Source of the DNA: a virus
IMG/VR virus record: IMGVR_UViG_3300025812_000003
Direction: 5' to 3' (one strand)
Length of the DNA: 64,000 nt
Every line of letters begins with the position of its first letter. Positions within the stretch are counted from its first letter, which is position 1. This document shows, in pieces, positions 1 through 7,899 of this stretch. The notes beneath the pieces were generated by a model. It ran no database searches. It was given only the letters and a program-made list of their open reading frames with translations, and was not told the DNA's origin. The position numbers and the translations under genes are program-made.

Positions 1-2493
1 CCGCCCGGCAACCTCGGGGGGTTCGCGGACGGCAACAAGCCCAGCTTCGCCAGGCAGGGCGACATCGGGAGGAAGTACCAGGAATGGTGCGAGCAGTGGG
101 CGGCGGTCCTCCTGCCCGAGCTCCATCCGGGAGCGGTATCGCTGTTCTTCGGCGGCACCCGCATGTGGCACCGGCTGGCGTGCGGCATCGAGGATGCCGG
201 GTTCGAGATGTGGGACACTATTATGTGGCTCTATGGCTGTTTAAGCGAGGATACGGAGATTCTCGTAAACGGGCTATGGGAGCCTTACCATAGAGCCATA
301 AAAGGTTCTCACGCACTTTGCTATGAGGTTGATTCCGGGAAATTCTCGTGGCAACCAATAGAAAACGTGCATATTTATGACTACTCGGATACCGCCTACA
401 GAATTCAATCAGATTATACAGACCAGATCGTCTCCAGAAATCATCGTTGCGTTGTTGAACGAGGCGGAAGAAGGCTATTTCAAGTCGCAGAGTGCGCCGC
501 AGAGGAAAAGGAGGTATGTGTTCCCGTATTGGAAGATGTGCAAGGGCTGCTCGACTCCCTTTCCTACGGTCAACCGCCACCAAGCACTAAGGAATGTCTT
601 TTGCTCGACGAAATGCGTCGTCAAAGCTCCCAAACCTCGAAAACGTCTCGAAGACCGCCAGGGGATGATCAAGATAACTTGCCAAGTGTGCGGGAGAGAG
701 AAGTGGAGACCACGTTGTTGGATGAAGCGAGTTCGGATTCCGACATGCTCGCGGAAATGCAATGGAAAGCTTCGCGGTCAAGAGTGGAAATTGCACGCCA
801 ACAAGGGCAGGGCCGCGTGGACGGAAAAGAGTCTGGAGTCTTATCGCATCAAGATGACGGGCCCAAGCAACCCGGCTTGGACGGGCGGGGTCACGTACCG
901 CCACAGCCACGGGAACTACAAGCCGGTAAAGTACGTGCGTTGCCCAAAGGGGTTTGTGGCGATGGCCGGGAAGGACGGATACGTTATGGAACATCGCCTG
1001 ATGGTCGCTCAGGCAATCGGCAGGTGTTTGACGAGGAAGGAAGTCGTCCATCACGAGAGCCACGATTCTCAGGACAACCGGATGAAGAACTTCAGCCTGT
1101 TTGCGTGCAACCGGGACCACAAGTTGTACGAAAGGTATGGAAAACCAGAACCGATTTGGCGAGGATCACTTCCATTCAATATGTAGGGAAAATGTGGTGC
1201 GTCAGCGTTCCTACTGGGGCTTTCGTAGTGAGGCGCAATGGGAAAGTCTTTATAACCGGCAATTCTGGGATGCCCAAGGCGCTGGACGTCTCCAAGCTCA
1301 TCGACAAGAGGAACAAGGACGAGCGCAGGGTCGTCGGGTACGACGCGTCCCGGGCACGCCCCAACAGGGTCGACAACACCGGGTACGACGACGCGGGCAA
1401 GGTGCCCAGCGACCGGTCCGACAACGGGGCCACCATCACCGCCCCGGCCTCCGCCGAGTCCGCCCCGTGGTCCGGGCACAAGACGTGCAGCCTCAAGCCC
1501 GCATGGGAGCCCGTCCTGTGCTTCAAGGCCCCGATGGGGAACAGGAACTACGCCGAGCTGGCGACCGAGCTCGGCAGCGGGGCGCTGAACGTGGACGGGG
1601 CGAGGGTCGCCGCGGACGGCGAGGCGCAGGGGGGAGGCGGCAGGGAGGGCGAGGCGTCGGCGGACAGGAGCTACGCGGAGGAGGGATCGACGGACTTTTC
1701 CGTCAGGCCGGGCCCCAGGGGCGGCGACGCCAGGGGGAGGTACCCCGCCAATCTCGTCCTGGGGTGCACGTGCAAGCACACGGAAATCGTGGACATGCCA
1801 GCGACGGGGCACTTCCCCTCCTCGCGGTTCAAGGAGACCCCGATCTTCGGCGGCGGAAAGGGCATGCCCATCGAAACGGGCCAGGAGGAGCGGTACGTCG
1901 GGGGCAAGGCTGCGATCCATACGGATCCCTCGTGCCCGTGCTATTTGCTCGACGAACAGGCCGGGGAGCGGGGCGCTTCCGCGCCGGTCCAAGGCAACGA
2001 GCCGAGCACCCGGATGGGCGAGCATGGCATATACTCGACGGCAAACAAGCGGCTGCCGGGCTCGTTCTTCGGCGATGCGGGAGGCCCCTCCCGCTTCTTC
2101 TACCAAGCCAAGGCGTCCCGCGGCGAGAGGGAGACGGGGCTCCTGGGCTTCGTCCCCTGCCACAAGTGCGGGGATCTCGGCAGCCAGAAGCACGTCGACC
2201 CCAAGACCGGGAAGGATGCGAAGTGCGTCAGGAACAACCATCCCACCGTCAAGCCCATAGCCCTGGCCAAATACCTGGCCACGCTCCTCCTGCCTCCGCC
2301 GAGCGCCAGCCCCAGGAGAATCCTGGTGCCCTTCTCCGGCAGCGGGAGCGAGGTCATAGGCTGCCTCCTGGCCGGGTGGGACGAGGTGGTGGGGGTGGAT
2401 GTCGATCCCCACTATTCGGAGATCGCCAGGCGGCGGTGCGAGGCGGCGCTCAGGGGCGAGTACGACAAGACCGTCGAGGAGGACGAAGGATGA
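1..2493 (+). CDS. DNA amino-methyltransferase (N4-C/N6-A, beta-type, phage family), 5' partial, intein-containing
   Basis: Frame open from the window edge. Contains FGGTRMWHRLACGIEDAGFE..WLYG|SGMPK, LKPAWEP, NNHPTVKP and the SAM motif VPFSGSGS. The catalytic PPY motif should lie upstream of the window. Confidence 0.9.
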   Translation, partial: PPGNLGGFADGNKPSFARQGDIGRKYQEWCEQWAAVLLPELHPGAVSLFFGGTRMWHRLACGIEDAGFEMWDTIMWLYGCLSEDTEILVNGLWEPYHRAIKGSHALCYEVDSGKFSWQPIENVHIYDYSDTAYRIQSDYTDQIVSRNHRCVVERGGRRLFQVAECAAEEKEVCVPVLEDVQGLLDSLSYGQPPPSTKECLLLDEMRRQSSQTSKTSRRPPGDDQDNLPSVREREVETTLLDEASSDSDMLAEMQWKASRSRVEIARQQGQGRVDGKESGVLSHQDDGPKQPGLDGRGHVPPQPRELQAGKVRALPKGVCGDGREGRIRYGTSPDGRSGNRQVFDEEGSRPSREPRFSGQPDEELQPVCVQPGPQVVRKVWKTRTDLARITSIQYVGKMWCVSVPTGAFVVRRNGKVFITGNSGMPKALDVSKLIDKRNKDERRVVGYDASRARPNRVDNTGYDDAGKVPSDRSDNGATITAPASAESAPWSGHKTCSLKPAWEPVLCFKAPMGNRNYAELATELGSGALNVDGARVAADGEAQGGGGREGEASADRSYAEEGSTDFSVRPGPRGGDARGRYPANLVLGCTCKHTEIVDMPATGHFPSSRFKETPIFGGGKGMPIETGQEERYVGGKAAIHTDPSCPCYLLDEQAGERGASAPVQGNEPSTRMGEHGIYSTANKRLPGSFFGDAGGPSRFFYQAKASRGERETGLLGFVPCHKCGDLGSQKHVDPKTGKDAKCVRNNHPTVKPIALAKYLATLLLPPPSASPRRILVPFSGSGSEVIGCLLAGWDEVVGVDVDPHYSEIARRRCEAALRGEYDKTVEEDEG
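238..1263 (+). mobile_element. Intein (342 aa) in the DNA methyltransferase
   Basis: Begins CLSEDTEIL (Cys1), has block B VSRNHR and block F/G MWCVSVPTGAFVVRRNGKVFITGN followed by Ser+1. Removing it restores WLYG-SGMPK. GC visibly lower than flanks. Confidence 0.92.
377..1186 (+). CDS. HNH homing endonuclease encoded in an alternate frame inside the intein
   Basis: CxxC / CS..C zinc motifs, GPSNPAWTGG, GYVMEHRL..AIGRCL..KEVVHH...DNRMKN. True start may be GTG 518 or ATG 536 (AAGGAGGT at 508-515). Confidence 0.85.
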   Translation: MTTRIPPTEFNQIIQTRSSPEIIVALLNEAEEGYFKSQSAPQRKRRYVFPYWKMCKGCSTPFPTVNRHQALRNVFCSTKCVVKAPKPRKRLEDRQGMIKITCQVCGREKWRPRCWMKRVRIPTCSRKCNGKLRGQEWKLHANKGRAAWTEKSLESYRIKMTGPSNPAWTGGVTYRHSHGNYKPVKYVRCPKGFVAMAGKDGYVMEHRLMVAQAIGRCLTRKEVVHHESHDSQDNRMKNFSLFACNRDHKLYERYGKPEPIWRGSLPFNM

Positions 2494-3098
2494 GCCAAGC
2501 ACCCGCATCGGTGGACCCGTTCGACATCTCCGGGCGGATGACCCGCCAGCAGCTCGAATGGTGGATACTGTTCGGCATATGCGTGGCGGGGAAGCGGGCC
2601 GACCAGACGGAGGCGAAGCTGGACGCGTTCCTGGCCGACATGCCGGTGCCGAGGGCCAGCGGGAACCAGTCCGTGCCCCTGTTTTCCACCCCGTTCGCTC
2701 GGGTCAGGTACCTGATGTCCGAGGGCAAGCTGCTCCAGAGGCTCAGGAAGCACCGGCTCGGCAAGTACTCCCTGCTGCGCAGGGCGTTCCCCGCCGCCGT
2801 GGGGCTGGACCTGGACGCCCTGTGGGTCGAGTCGCTGGAGCAAGTGCCGGGCATCGGCCCCAAGACCGCCAGGATGATCCTGCTCTACTCCAGGCCCGAC
2901 GCCTCCGTGGTGCCGCTGGACACCCATGTCCTGAAGTGGCTGCGGTCCCAGGGGTACGACGCCCCCAAGGCCACGCCCACGGGACGGCGGTACCTCGAAC
3001 TGGAGAAGGCGTTCGTCGACGAGGCCAGGCGGCGGGAAAAGACCGTGCGCCAGCTCGACACCGAGGTCTGGCAGCAGTATGCCAGGAAGGGGATGTAG
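2490..3098 (+). CDS. HhH-GPD DNA glycosylase/lyase (Ogg-like)
   Basis: HhH motif LEQVPGIGPKTARMIL and LDTHVLKW; ATGA overlap with the upstream stop. Confidence 0.8.
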   Translation: MSQAPASVDPFDISGRMTRQQLEWWILFGICVAGKRADQTEAKLDAFLADMPVPRASGNQSVPLFSTPFARVRYLMSEGKLLQRLRKHRLGKYSLLRRAFPAAVGLDLDALWVESLEQVPGIGPKTARMILLYSRPDASVVPLDTHVLKWLRSQGYDAPKATPTGRRYLELEKAFVDEARRREKTVRQLDTEVWQQYARKGM

Positions 3099-3099
3099 C

Positions 3100-3318
3100 A
3101 TGGGCCAGACGCCCAGCAGGAAGGACCACGAGGACGTCCTGGAGGGCCTCCGCTGGAGGGCCGACACGGTCGTCGAGAACTACGAGGGCGAGAGGGTGTG
3201 GCTCAGGCCCTGCCTCGACGGCCTCGGCAGGAGGATCGGCATCACCGACTGCTGCCGCGAGGACGACCCGTGCGGACGGCACGGGCGCATCCGGGCGGGC
3301 ACGGGAGGGGGAAAATGA
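3100..3318 (+). CDS. hypothetical protein
   Basis: ATG 2 nt after the previous stop, operon packing, GC3-biased codons. Confidence 0.6.
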   Translation: MGQTPSRKDHEDVLEGLRWRADTVVENYEGERVWLRPCLDGLGRRIGITDCCREDDPCGRHGRIRAGTGGGK

Positions 3319-3797
3319 ACCAGCGCCTCTCGGCCCGGGACCGCATCCCCTTCCGCCCCGCCAGCTCGTCGTCCCTGTTCAGGCATCCCCGCCATGCCCG
3401 ATGGTCCTGCATAGCCAAGGTTTCGTACAATTCCGGGGAAAGCGCCCTGGCCGCCATCAGGGCCCTGGAGGAAAGGCCGCTCTTCGGGCTTGAGGCGTAC
3501 GAATGCCCGTCCTGCGGGAAGGTCCACGTCGGGCATGGGGATGCCTACAAGGCCGCCATGATGTTCGCAAAGGACTGCGAGGCCCTGGTCGCCAGGTTCG
3601 CCGGGGCGAAGGGCGACGCGCTCGGTGCGGCCAGGCGGATGGTCGTCAGCGCGTACTTCGACGTGAGGTCCAGGCTCGGAAGGATGAGGGCGGGCGTCTC
3701 CGGGGACAGGGCGGAGAGGCTCGCCCGCAGCCTGGAGCACCTCGAAAGGGTGAAGGTGCAGGCCATGGTGAGGCTCGCCGCCGCCAAGGAGTATTAA
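3315..3797 (+). CDS. hypothetical protein with CxxC..H motif
   Basis: GGAGGGGG RBS, ATGA overlap, AYECPSCGKVHVGH. Confidence 0.65.
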   Translation: MNQRLSARDRIPFRPASSSSLFRHPRHARWSCIAKVSYNSGESALAAIRALEERPLFGLEAYECPSCGKVHVGHGDAYKAAMMFAKDCEALVARFAGAKGDALGAARRMVVSAYFDVRSRLGRMRAGVSGDRAERLARSLEHLERVKVQAMVRLAAAKEY

Positions 3798-3827
3798 GGA
3801 ATGACAGGCTAGCGAACGCTGGTCTGC

Positions 3828-4337
3828 ATGGAGGATGCGACGATGGCAAAGGAACTCCGCAAGAAGCTGGCTAAGGATGCGATGGAGGAGCTCAGCAGCG
3901 CCCTGGACGACTTCGTCAAGTACGTCAAGGTCCCCGGCCAGATAAGGTTCCCCATCGAGGTGTCCTCCGTGCGGACCCTCGAAGGCCAGAGGCCCGGGGC
4001 CCCCGCCGTCGGCTCCTGGTGCAGCGTCCGCCCGTGCCAGGACGACAAGACCTACCTCGGGGTATACCTCGGCGACCTGACCGTCTCCGTGGACCACTAC
4101 TACCACACCCGCGAGAAGGTGCTCACCATCGCCCCCCATGCCAACCCGGCGCTCTACGTGCCTGACCTGAAGCGCGTCGTGTGGGGCTGCGAGTCCTGGT
4201 GGGGGACCATCGAGGGCCCCGAGCATCTCCGCCAGATCACCGACGCCGACATCCAGGACCTGTGGTACGTGAAGGCGCTGAAGGACCTCGCCGGGAAGCC
4301 GGCCGAAGGAGGTGCCGAGTGCCCGAGAGAAGGCTGA
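3828..4337 (+). CDS. conserved phage hypothetical protein
   Basis: TYLGVYLGDL..NPALYVPDLKRVVWGCESWWG..ITDADI pattern familiar from phage hypothetical proteins; start may be 3843. Confidence 0.75.
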   Translation: MEDATMAKELRKKLAKDAMEELSSALDDFVKYVKVPGQIRFPIEVSSVRTLEGQRPGAPAVGSWCSVRPCQDDKTYLGVYLGDLTVSVDHYYHTREKVLTIAPHANPALYVPDLKRVVWGCESWWGTIEGPEHLRQITDADIQDLWYVKALKDLAGKPAEGGAECPREG

Positions 4338-5178
4338 GACATGGATCCCTTTTCTCGGGCATTCGACCGGGATGATCGACTACGGCCTGGAGATGGCGGG
4401 GTTCGAGACCGCCTTCCAGGTCGAGATAGACCCGTTCTGCCGCAAGGTGCTGGAGAAGTACTGGCCGGACGTGCCAAGATTCGAGGACGTGAGGAAATGT
4501 GGACGACACAACCTTGAGCCCGTCGACCTCCTCAGCGGAGGCTACCCCTGCCAGGACCACAGCATCGCTGGGAAGAAGCGGGGGCTTGGGACTCCGGACA
4601 ATCCCACCGAGCGGAGCGGCCTCTGGTTCGAGTACAGCCGCATCATCCGAGAGCTACGACCTCGCTGGATACTCGTTGAGAACGTTTCTCGTCTCCTGCG
4701 CACGGAGGACGGGGACAGGGTGCTCTCCGACCTGGAGGGAGCTGGCTACGCCTGCTGGCCGCTCGTATTGGACGTGGAAGTCCTCGACGCCCCGCACATC
4801 CGCGAAAGGACATGGCTCGTCTGCCGGGAATGGGCTTCCCCTGTTCCCGTTGGTCAGTACCCCGACGACGAAGGCGATCCTGGTCATGGAATGGTCGAGG
4901 GAGAACTTCATTCAGCAGCGGAACGGGCGCTGGCGGAAACGCGCAAACAGTGGCAAGACAGGAAGCATGAATTGGCTCCAGGAAATGGCGGTGAGGGCGG
5001 TGGTGCAGCGGAACCCGAGGCTTGTGCCTACGCCGGAGTTGTGCGAGCAGTATATGGCTATCCCCGTTGGATGGACCGATATCGAGCCTGCGGGAACAGC
5101 GTCAACTTCGTCGTCCCCGCCCTTGTCGGGCAGTGGATCGCACGGGTCGAGGGAAGGAGGGAACATGGGCAAGCATGA
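4319..5178 (+). pseudogene. C5 cytosine DNA methyltransferase alpha chain, frameshifted just after motif I
   Basis: GTG 4319 with AGGAGG RBS gives RHGSLFSGI (motif I), then a stop at 4375. GMIDYGLE, EID, GGYPCQ, ENV, RER and motif X (ACGNSV) continue in the 4312 frame. Confidence 0.75.
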
Positions 5179-5551
5179 CGGGGAGAGGATTCCGGTGGAG
5201 GCGGCGCTGAAGCTGGACGAGGAGACAAAGGCCCCTGGGGCCGAGGACGGGGGGACGATAAGCGAGGTCGACGCCGAGGTGCTGTTCTTCCTGGGCGACA
5301 GGGCCGACGAGGCGGCACGCGGCGTGGAGGAAGCGACCCGGCATGTCAAGGCGGCCGAGCAGGAGCTCGAAATAGCGAAGGAAGATGTCAAGGCCGCCGA
5401 GCGCAGGGTCCTGGAGGTCCAGAAGGTGACGGACGAGTTCACCAAGTCCGCCATCCGCAGGGCGGGGTTCGACCCGACTCTCTTCAAATTGTGTGAAAGG
5501 AAGATAGTTAAGAGAATCTTAAAATCCACTACACCGTCAGGTCCCTTGTGA
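4499..5551 (+). CDS. Overlapping-frame beta chain of the C5 methyltransferase (motif IX), running in frame into the next gene
   Basis: GAGGA..GTG start; RLVPTPELCEQYMAIPVGWTD matches C5-MTase motif IX, which is missing from the alpha frame. Confidence 0.6.
   Translation: MDDTTLSPSTSSAEATPARTTASLGRSGGLGLRTIPPSGAASGSSTAASSESYDLAGYSLRTFLVSCARRTGTGCSPTWRELATPAGRSYWTWKSSTPRTSAKGHGSSAGNGLPLFPLVSTPTTKAILVMEWSRENFIQQRNGRWRKRANSGKTGSMNWLQEMAVRAVVQRNPRLVPTPELCEQYMAIPVGWTDIEPAGTASTSSSPPLSGSGSHGSREGGNMGKHDGERIPVEAALKLDEETKAPGAEDGGTISEVDAEVLFFLGDRADEAARGVEEATRHVKAAEQELEIAKEDVKAAERRVLEVQKVTDEFTKSAIRRAGFDPTLFKLCERKIVKRILKSTTPSGPL
5165..5551 (+). CDS. hypothetical coiled-coil protein
   Basis: Own GGAGG RBS before ATG 5165; heptad-like E/K/A-rich segment. 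Confidence 0.65.
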   Translation: MGKHDGERIPVEAALKLDEETKAPGAEDGGTISEVDAEVLFFLGDRADEAARGVEEATRHVKAAEQELEIAKEDVKAAERRVLEVQKVTDEFTKSAIRRAGFDPTLFKLCERKIVKRILKSTTPSGPL

Positions 5552-5581
5552 GCGCCTGGAGTCCCCACCTCACCTTTGCTC

Positions 5582-6031
5582 TCATGTAGGAATGGAAGTG
5601 TGCTCGGACGGGCGCTGACCTGGTCGAATCTTGGAAAACGTCGAGTACATCGCCACCGCATCCTCTAAGCCCTCGTCCAGGAAGTCCGCGAACATGTCCG
5701 CCACTTCCTTCGCCCAAGCGTCCTTGCCCTTGGCCAGCGTGGCAAACCCTATATCTTTGTCGGCCTCGTCTACTGCCTCCCTGATTTCGTCCGGATACCT
5801 GGTCAAGTACTCGCCGAGGGTCTGGGGCAGGACGAACCCCGGTTCGGGGTCCTCGTCCCACACCACCTTGAGGTCCGCCAGCCAAGCATGGTCCTCGTCG
5901 ATCAGGGGCATCGTCTCCGGCGGTGCGACGGGCACCGGCCCGGGATGGGGGTCCTCCAGCACACAGGGTGCTATACCTACTTTCAAAAGGAATCCACTGT
6001 CGTCCAAGCCCATAGGCCATTTCCGTATCAT
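5582..6031 (-). CDS. hypothetical acidic protein downstream of the CRISPR array
   Basis: GGAGG RBS before ATG 6031 and a GGTATACT -10-like element at 6047-6054. Confidence 0.7.
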   Translation of the reverse strand: MIRKWPMGLDDSGFLLKVGIAPCVLEDPHPGPVPVAPPETMPLIDEDHAWLADLKVVWDEDPEPGFVLPQTLGEYLTRYPDEIREAVDEADKDIGFATLAKGKDAWAKEVADMFADFLDEGLEDAVAMYSTFSKIRPGQRPSEHTSIPT

Positions 6032-6135
6032 GCGTCCTCCAGTTGTAGTATACCTCGGTGTATTCTGATATTTCAAGGATTCTTGAAATTTCGTTCATCC
6101 CCTGTTTTACCCTTGTGCGAACGGGTGAGGTTAGT

Positions 6136-7694
6136 ATTTCATCTACCCAATGAACTAGCGTGGTCTTTTGCCACTCCCATGCTGACAAGGGTCTGCTTTC
6201 GATTTCATCTACCCGATGAACTAGATGGTCTTACCCATCCGGGAAGCTAAGGTTTCATCTGCCCGATGAACTGGAATGGTCTCCACATGGGCTGTCGGGC
6301 GCAGCCTTGCGGCTTCCGTTTCATCTATCCGATGAACTGGGATGGTCTCCGTCACTTTGGGGGCGACGCAGCCACTCAAACACGTTTCATCTACTCGATG
6401 AACTGAAGTGATTTCCACCAGCGTGTCACAGGCTGTTGCACGCCACGAAATTTCATCTACCCGATGAACTGGAATGACCTTTACCTTACCGCTAGCAGCA
6501 TTCGTTTCATCTACCCGATGAACTAGGGTGATCTTCACCGATTGGGGAACTCTGAACTATCCACCTGGAGTTTCATCTACCCGATGAACTGAGACGGTCC
6601 CCACCGAGTGAATCCTTCGCCAACAGCCCTCAACTGTTTCATCTATTCAATGAACTGAGGTGGTTTCCATTGGAGCAGGCGCAAGCATTCGTCAAATTTC
6701 ATCTATCCGATGAACTGGAGTGGTCCGTACTGAACAGCAAGGTCATGGTTTCATCTACCCGATGAACTGAGGTGATTTTTGCTGCAGCGTGAATTCTCTG
6801 GACTTTCATCTATTCAATGAACTGGGGTGGTTTTCGCCACAGCGTGAATCCCATGGACATGGACATGGTTTCATCTACTCGATGAACTGGGGTGGTCTTA
6901 TTAAATGGAGAAACGGTGCCACGAGCTTGAAGAGTTTCATCTGCCCGATGAACTGGGGTGGTCTCCACCACGATGGCGTGCTCGCATCGCCGGTACGTGG
7001 TTTCATCTACTCGATGAACTAGGGTGGTCTTCACCGATTGAGGAACTCTGGACTATCCACCTGGAGTTTCATCTACCCGATGAACTAGGGGAGTCTTCAC
7101 CGAGTCCGCTGTTCTAACCAACCGAGCTATGGTTTCACCTATCCGATGAACTAGGGTGGTCTTCACCTGCTCTTCGAGTTCTTCCCCCGGATGAGCTGTT
7201 TCACCTATTCGATGAACTAGGGTGGTCTTCACCAATCGGCAGGCAGTTGACATTTCCCAAGGAGTTTCATCTATCCGATGAACTAGGGTGGTCTTTACCT
7301 TTACACCATTGACCACTGGTCGATCTGCGTTTCACCTATCCGATGAACTAAGGTGGTCTTCACCTTGGCCCCGTGTATCCCGTGGGCCCTATCGGTTTCA
7401 CCTATCCGATGAACTAAGGTGGTCTTCACCTGCAGGCCATCCGGCTGGAACTCGGGCGGCGTTTCACCTATCCGATGAACTAAGGTGGTCTTCACCAGGG
7501 ACGTTGTCGAGGTTCTTGTTCGAGTGGTTTCACCTATCCGATGAACTAAGGTGGTCTTCACCATCCCGTGGTGTCGACGGCAATCGAGTTGTGTTTCACC
7601 TATCCGATGAACTAAGGTGGTCTTCACCGACGGTCGCCGCCGCCGTGGGCGTCGCCGTGTTTCATCTACCCGATGAACTAGGGTGGTCTTCACC
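6136..7694 (-). CRISPR. CRISPR array, 25 repeats / 24 spacers; repeat (RNA sense) GGTGAAGACCACC(C/T)TAGTTCATCGG(G/A)TAG(A/G)TGAAAC
   Basis: Repeat starts on + at 6136, 6202, 6252, 6318, 6384, 6450, 6504, 6570, 6636, 6696, 6748, 6803, 6868, 6934, 7000, 7066, 7132, 7198, 7264, 7329, 7395, 7461, 7527, 7593, 7659. Mostly a 66-nt period (36+30). Ends GAAAC on the minus strand; degenerate toward 6136. Confidence 0.97.
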
Positions 7695-7741
7695 CGATTC
7701 CTTTTAGCATAGTGTAGACGCTGGACTTAGCCTCGAACTTG

Positions 7742-7800
7742 CCTCAAAAAAACGACCATTGGAGGCCCCGCCGCAGGGCGGGACCTCCAATTTTTTGAGG
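7742..7800. terminator. Long hairpin between the cas operon and the array (possible bidirectional terminator or accessory RNA)
   Basis: Nested pairs cctcaaaaaa/ttttttgagg, ttggagg/cctccaa and cccgcc/ggcggg; T-runs on both strands. Confidence 0.6.
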
Positions 7801-7899
7801 AGGAGGACAAAGGCACAATTATGCGGCCTTTTCAAGTTGTCAAAGAACGCTTGACCGTCCACCGCCCTTTGGCGGCTGGCCCCACTTCCGAGAGTCGTT

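Noticed and set aside
4347-4353. Programmed -1 frameshift at CCCTTTT in the C5 methyltransferase
   Set aside because: The heptamer is not in the register of the RBS-supported frame, and shifting there would remove the FSGI motif.
6136-7694. Self-targeting spacers
   Set aside because: No protospacer match noticed in this window by eye; an exhaustive search could not be run, so nothing is claimed.
6221-7707. ORFs with repeated peptides (VKTTLVHRIGET / FHLSDELRWSSP)
   Set aside because: Artefact of the 66-nt CRISPR period being a multiple of three; unique spacers and the RNA hairpin explain the region.
7752-7758. 5-nt complementarity between the hairpin bulge (UGGUC on minus) and the repeat (GACCA), scoutRNA-like
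   Set aside because: Five bases is expected by chance, and that part of the repeat is the poorly conserved part.
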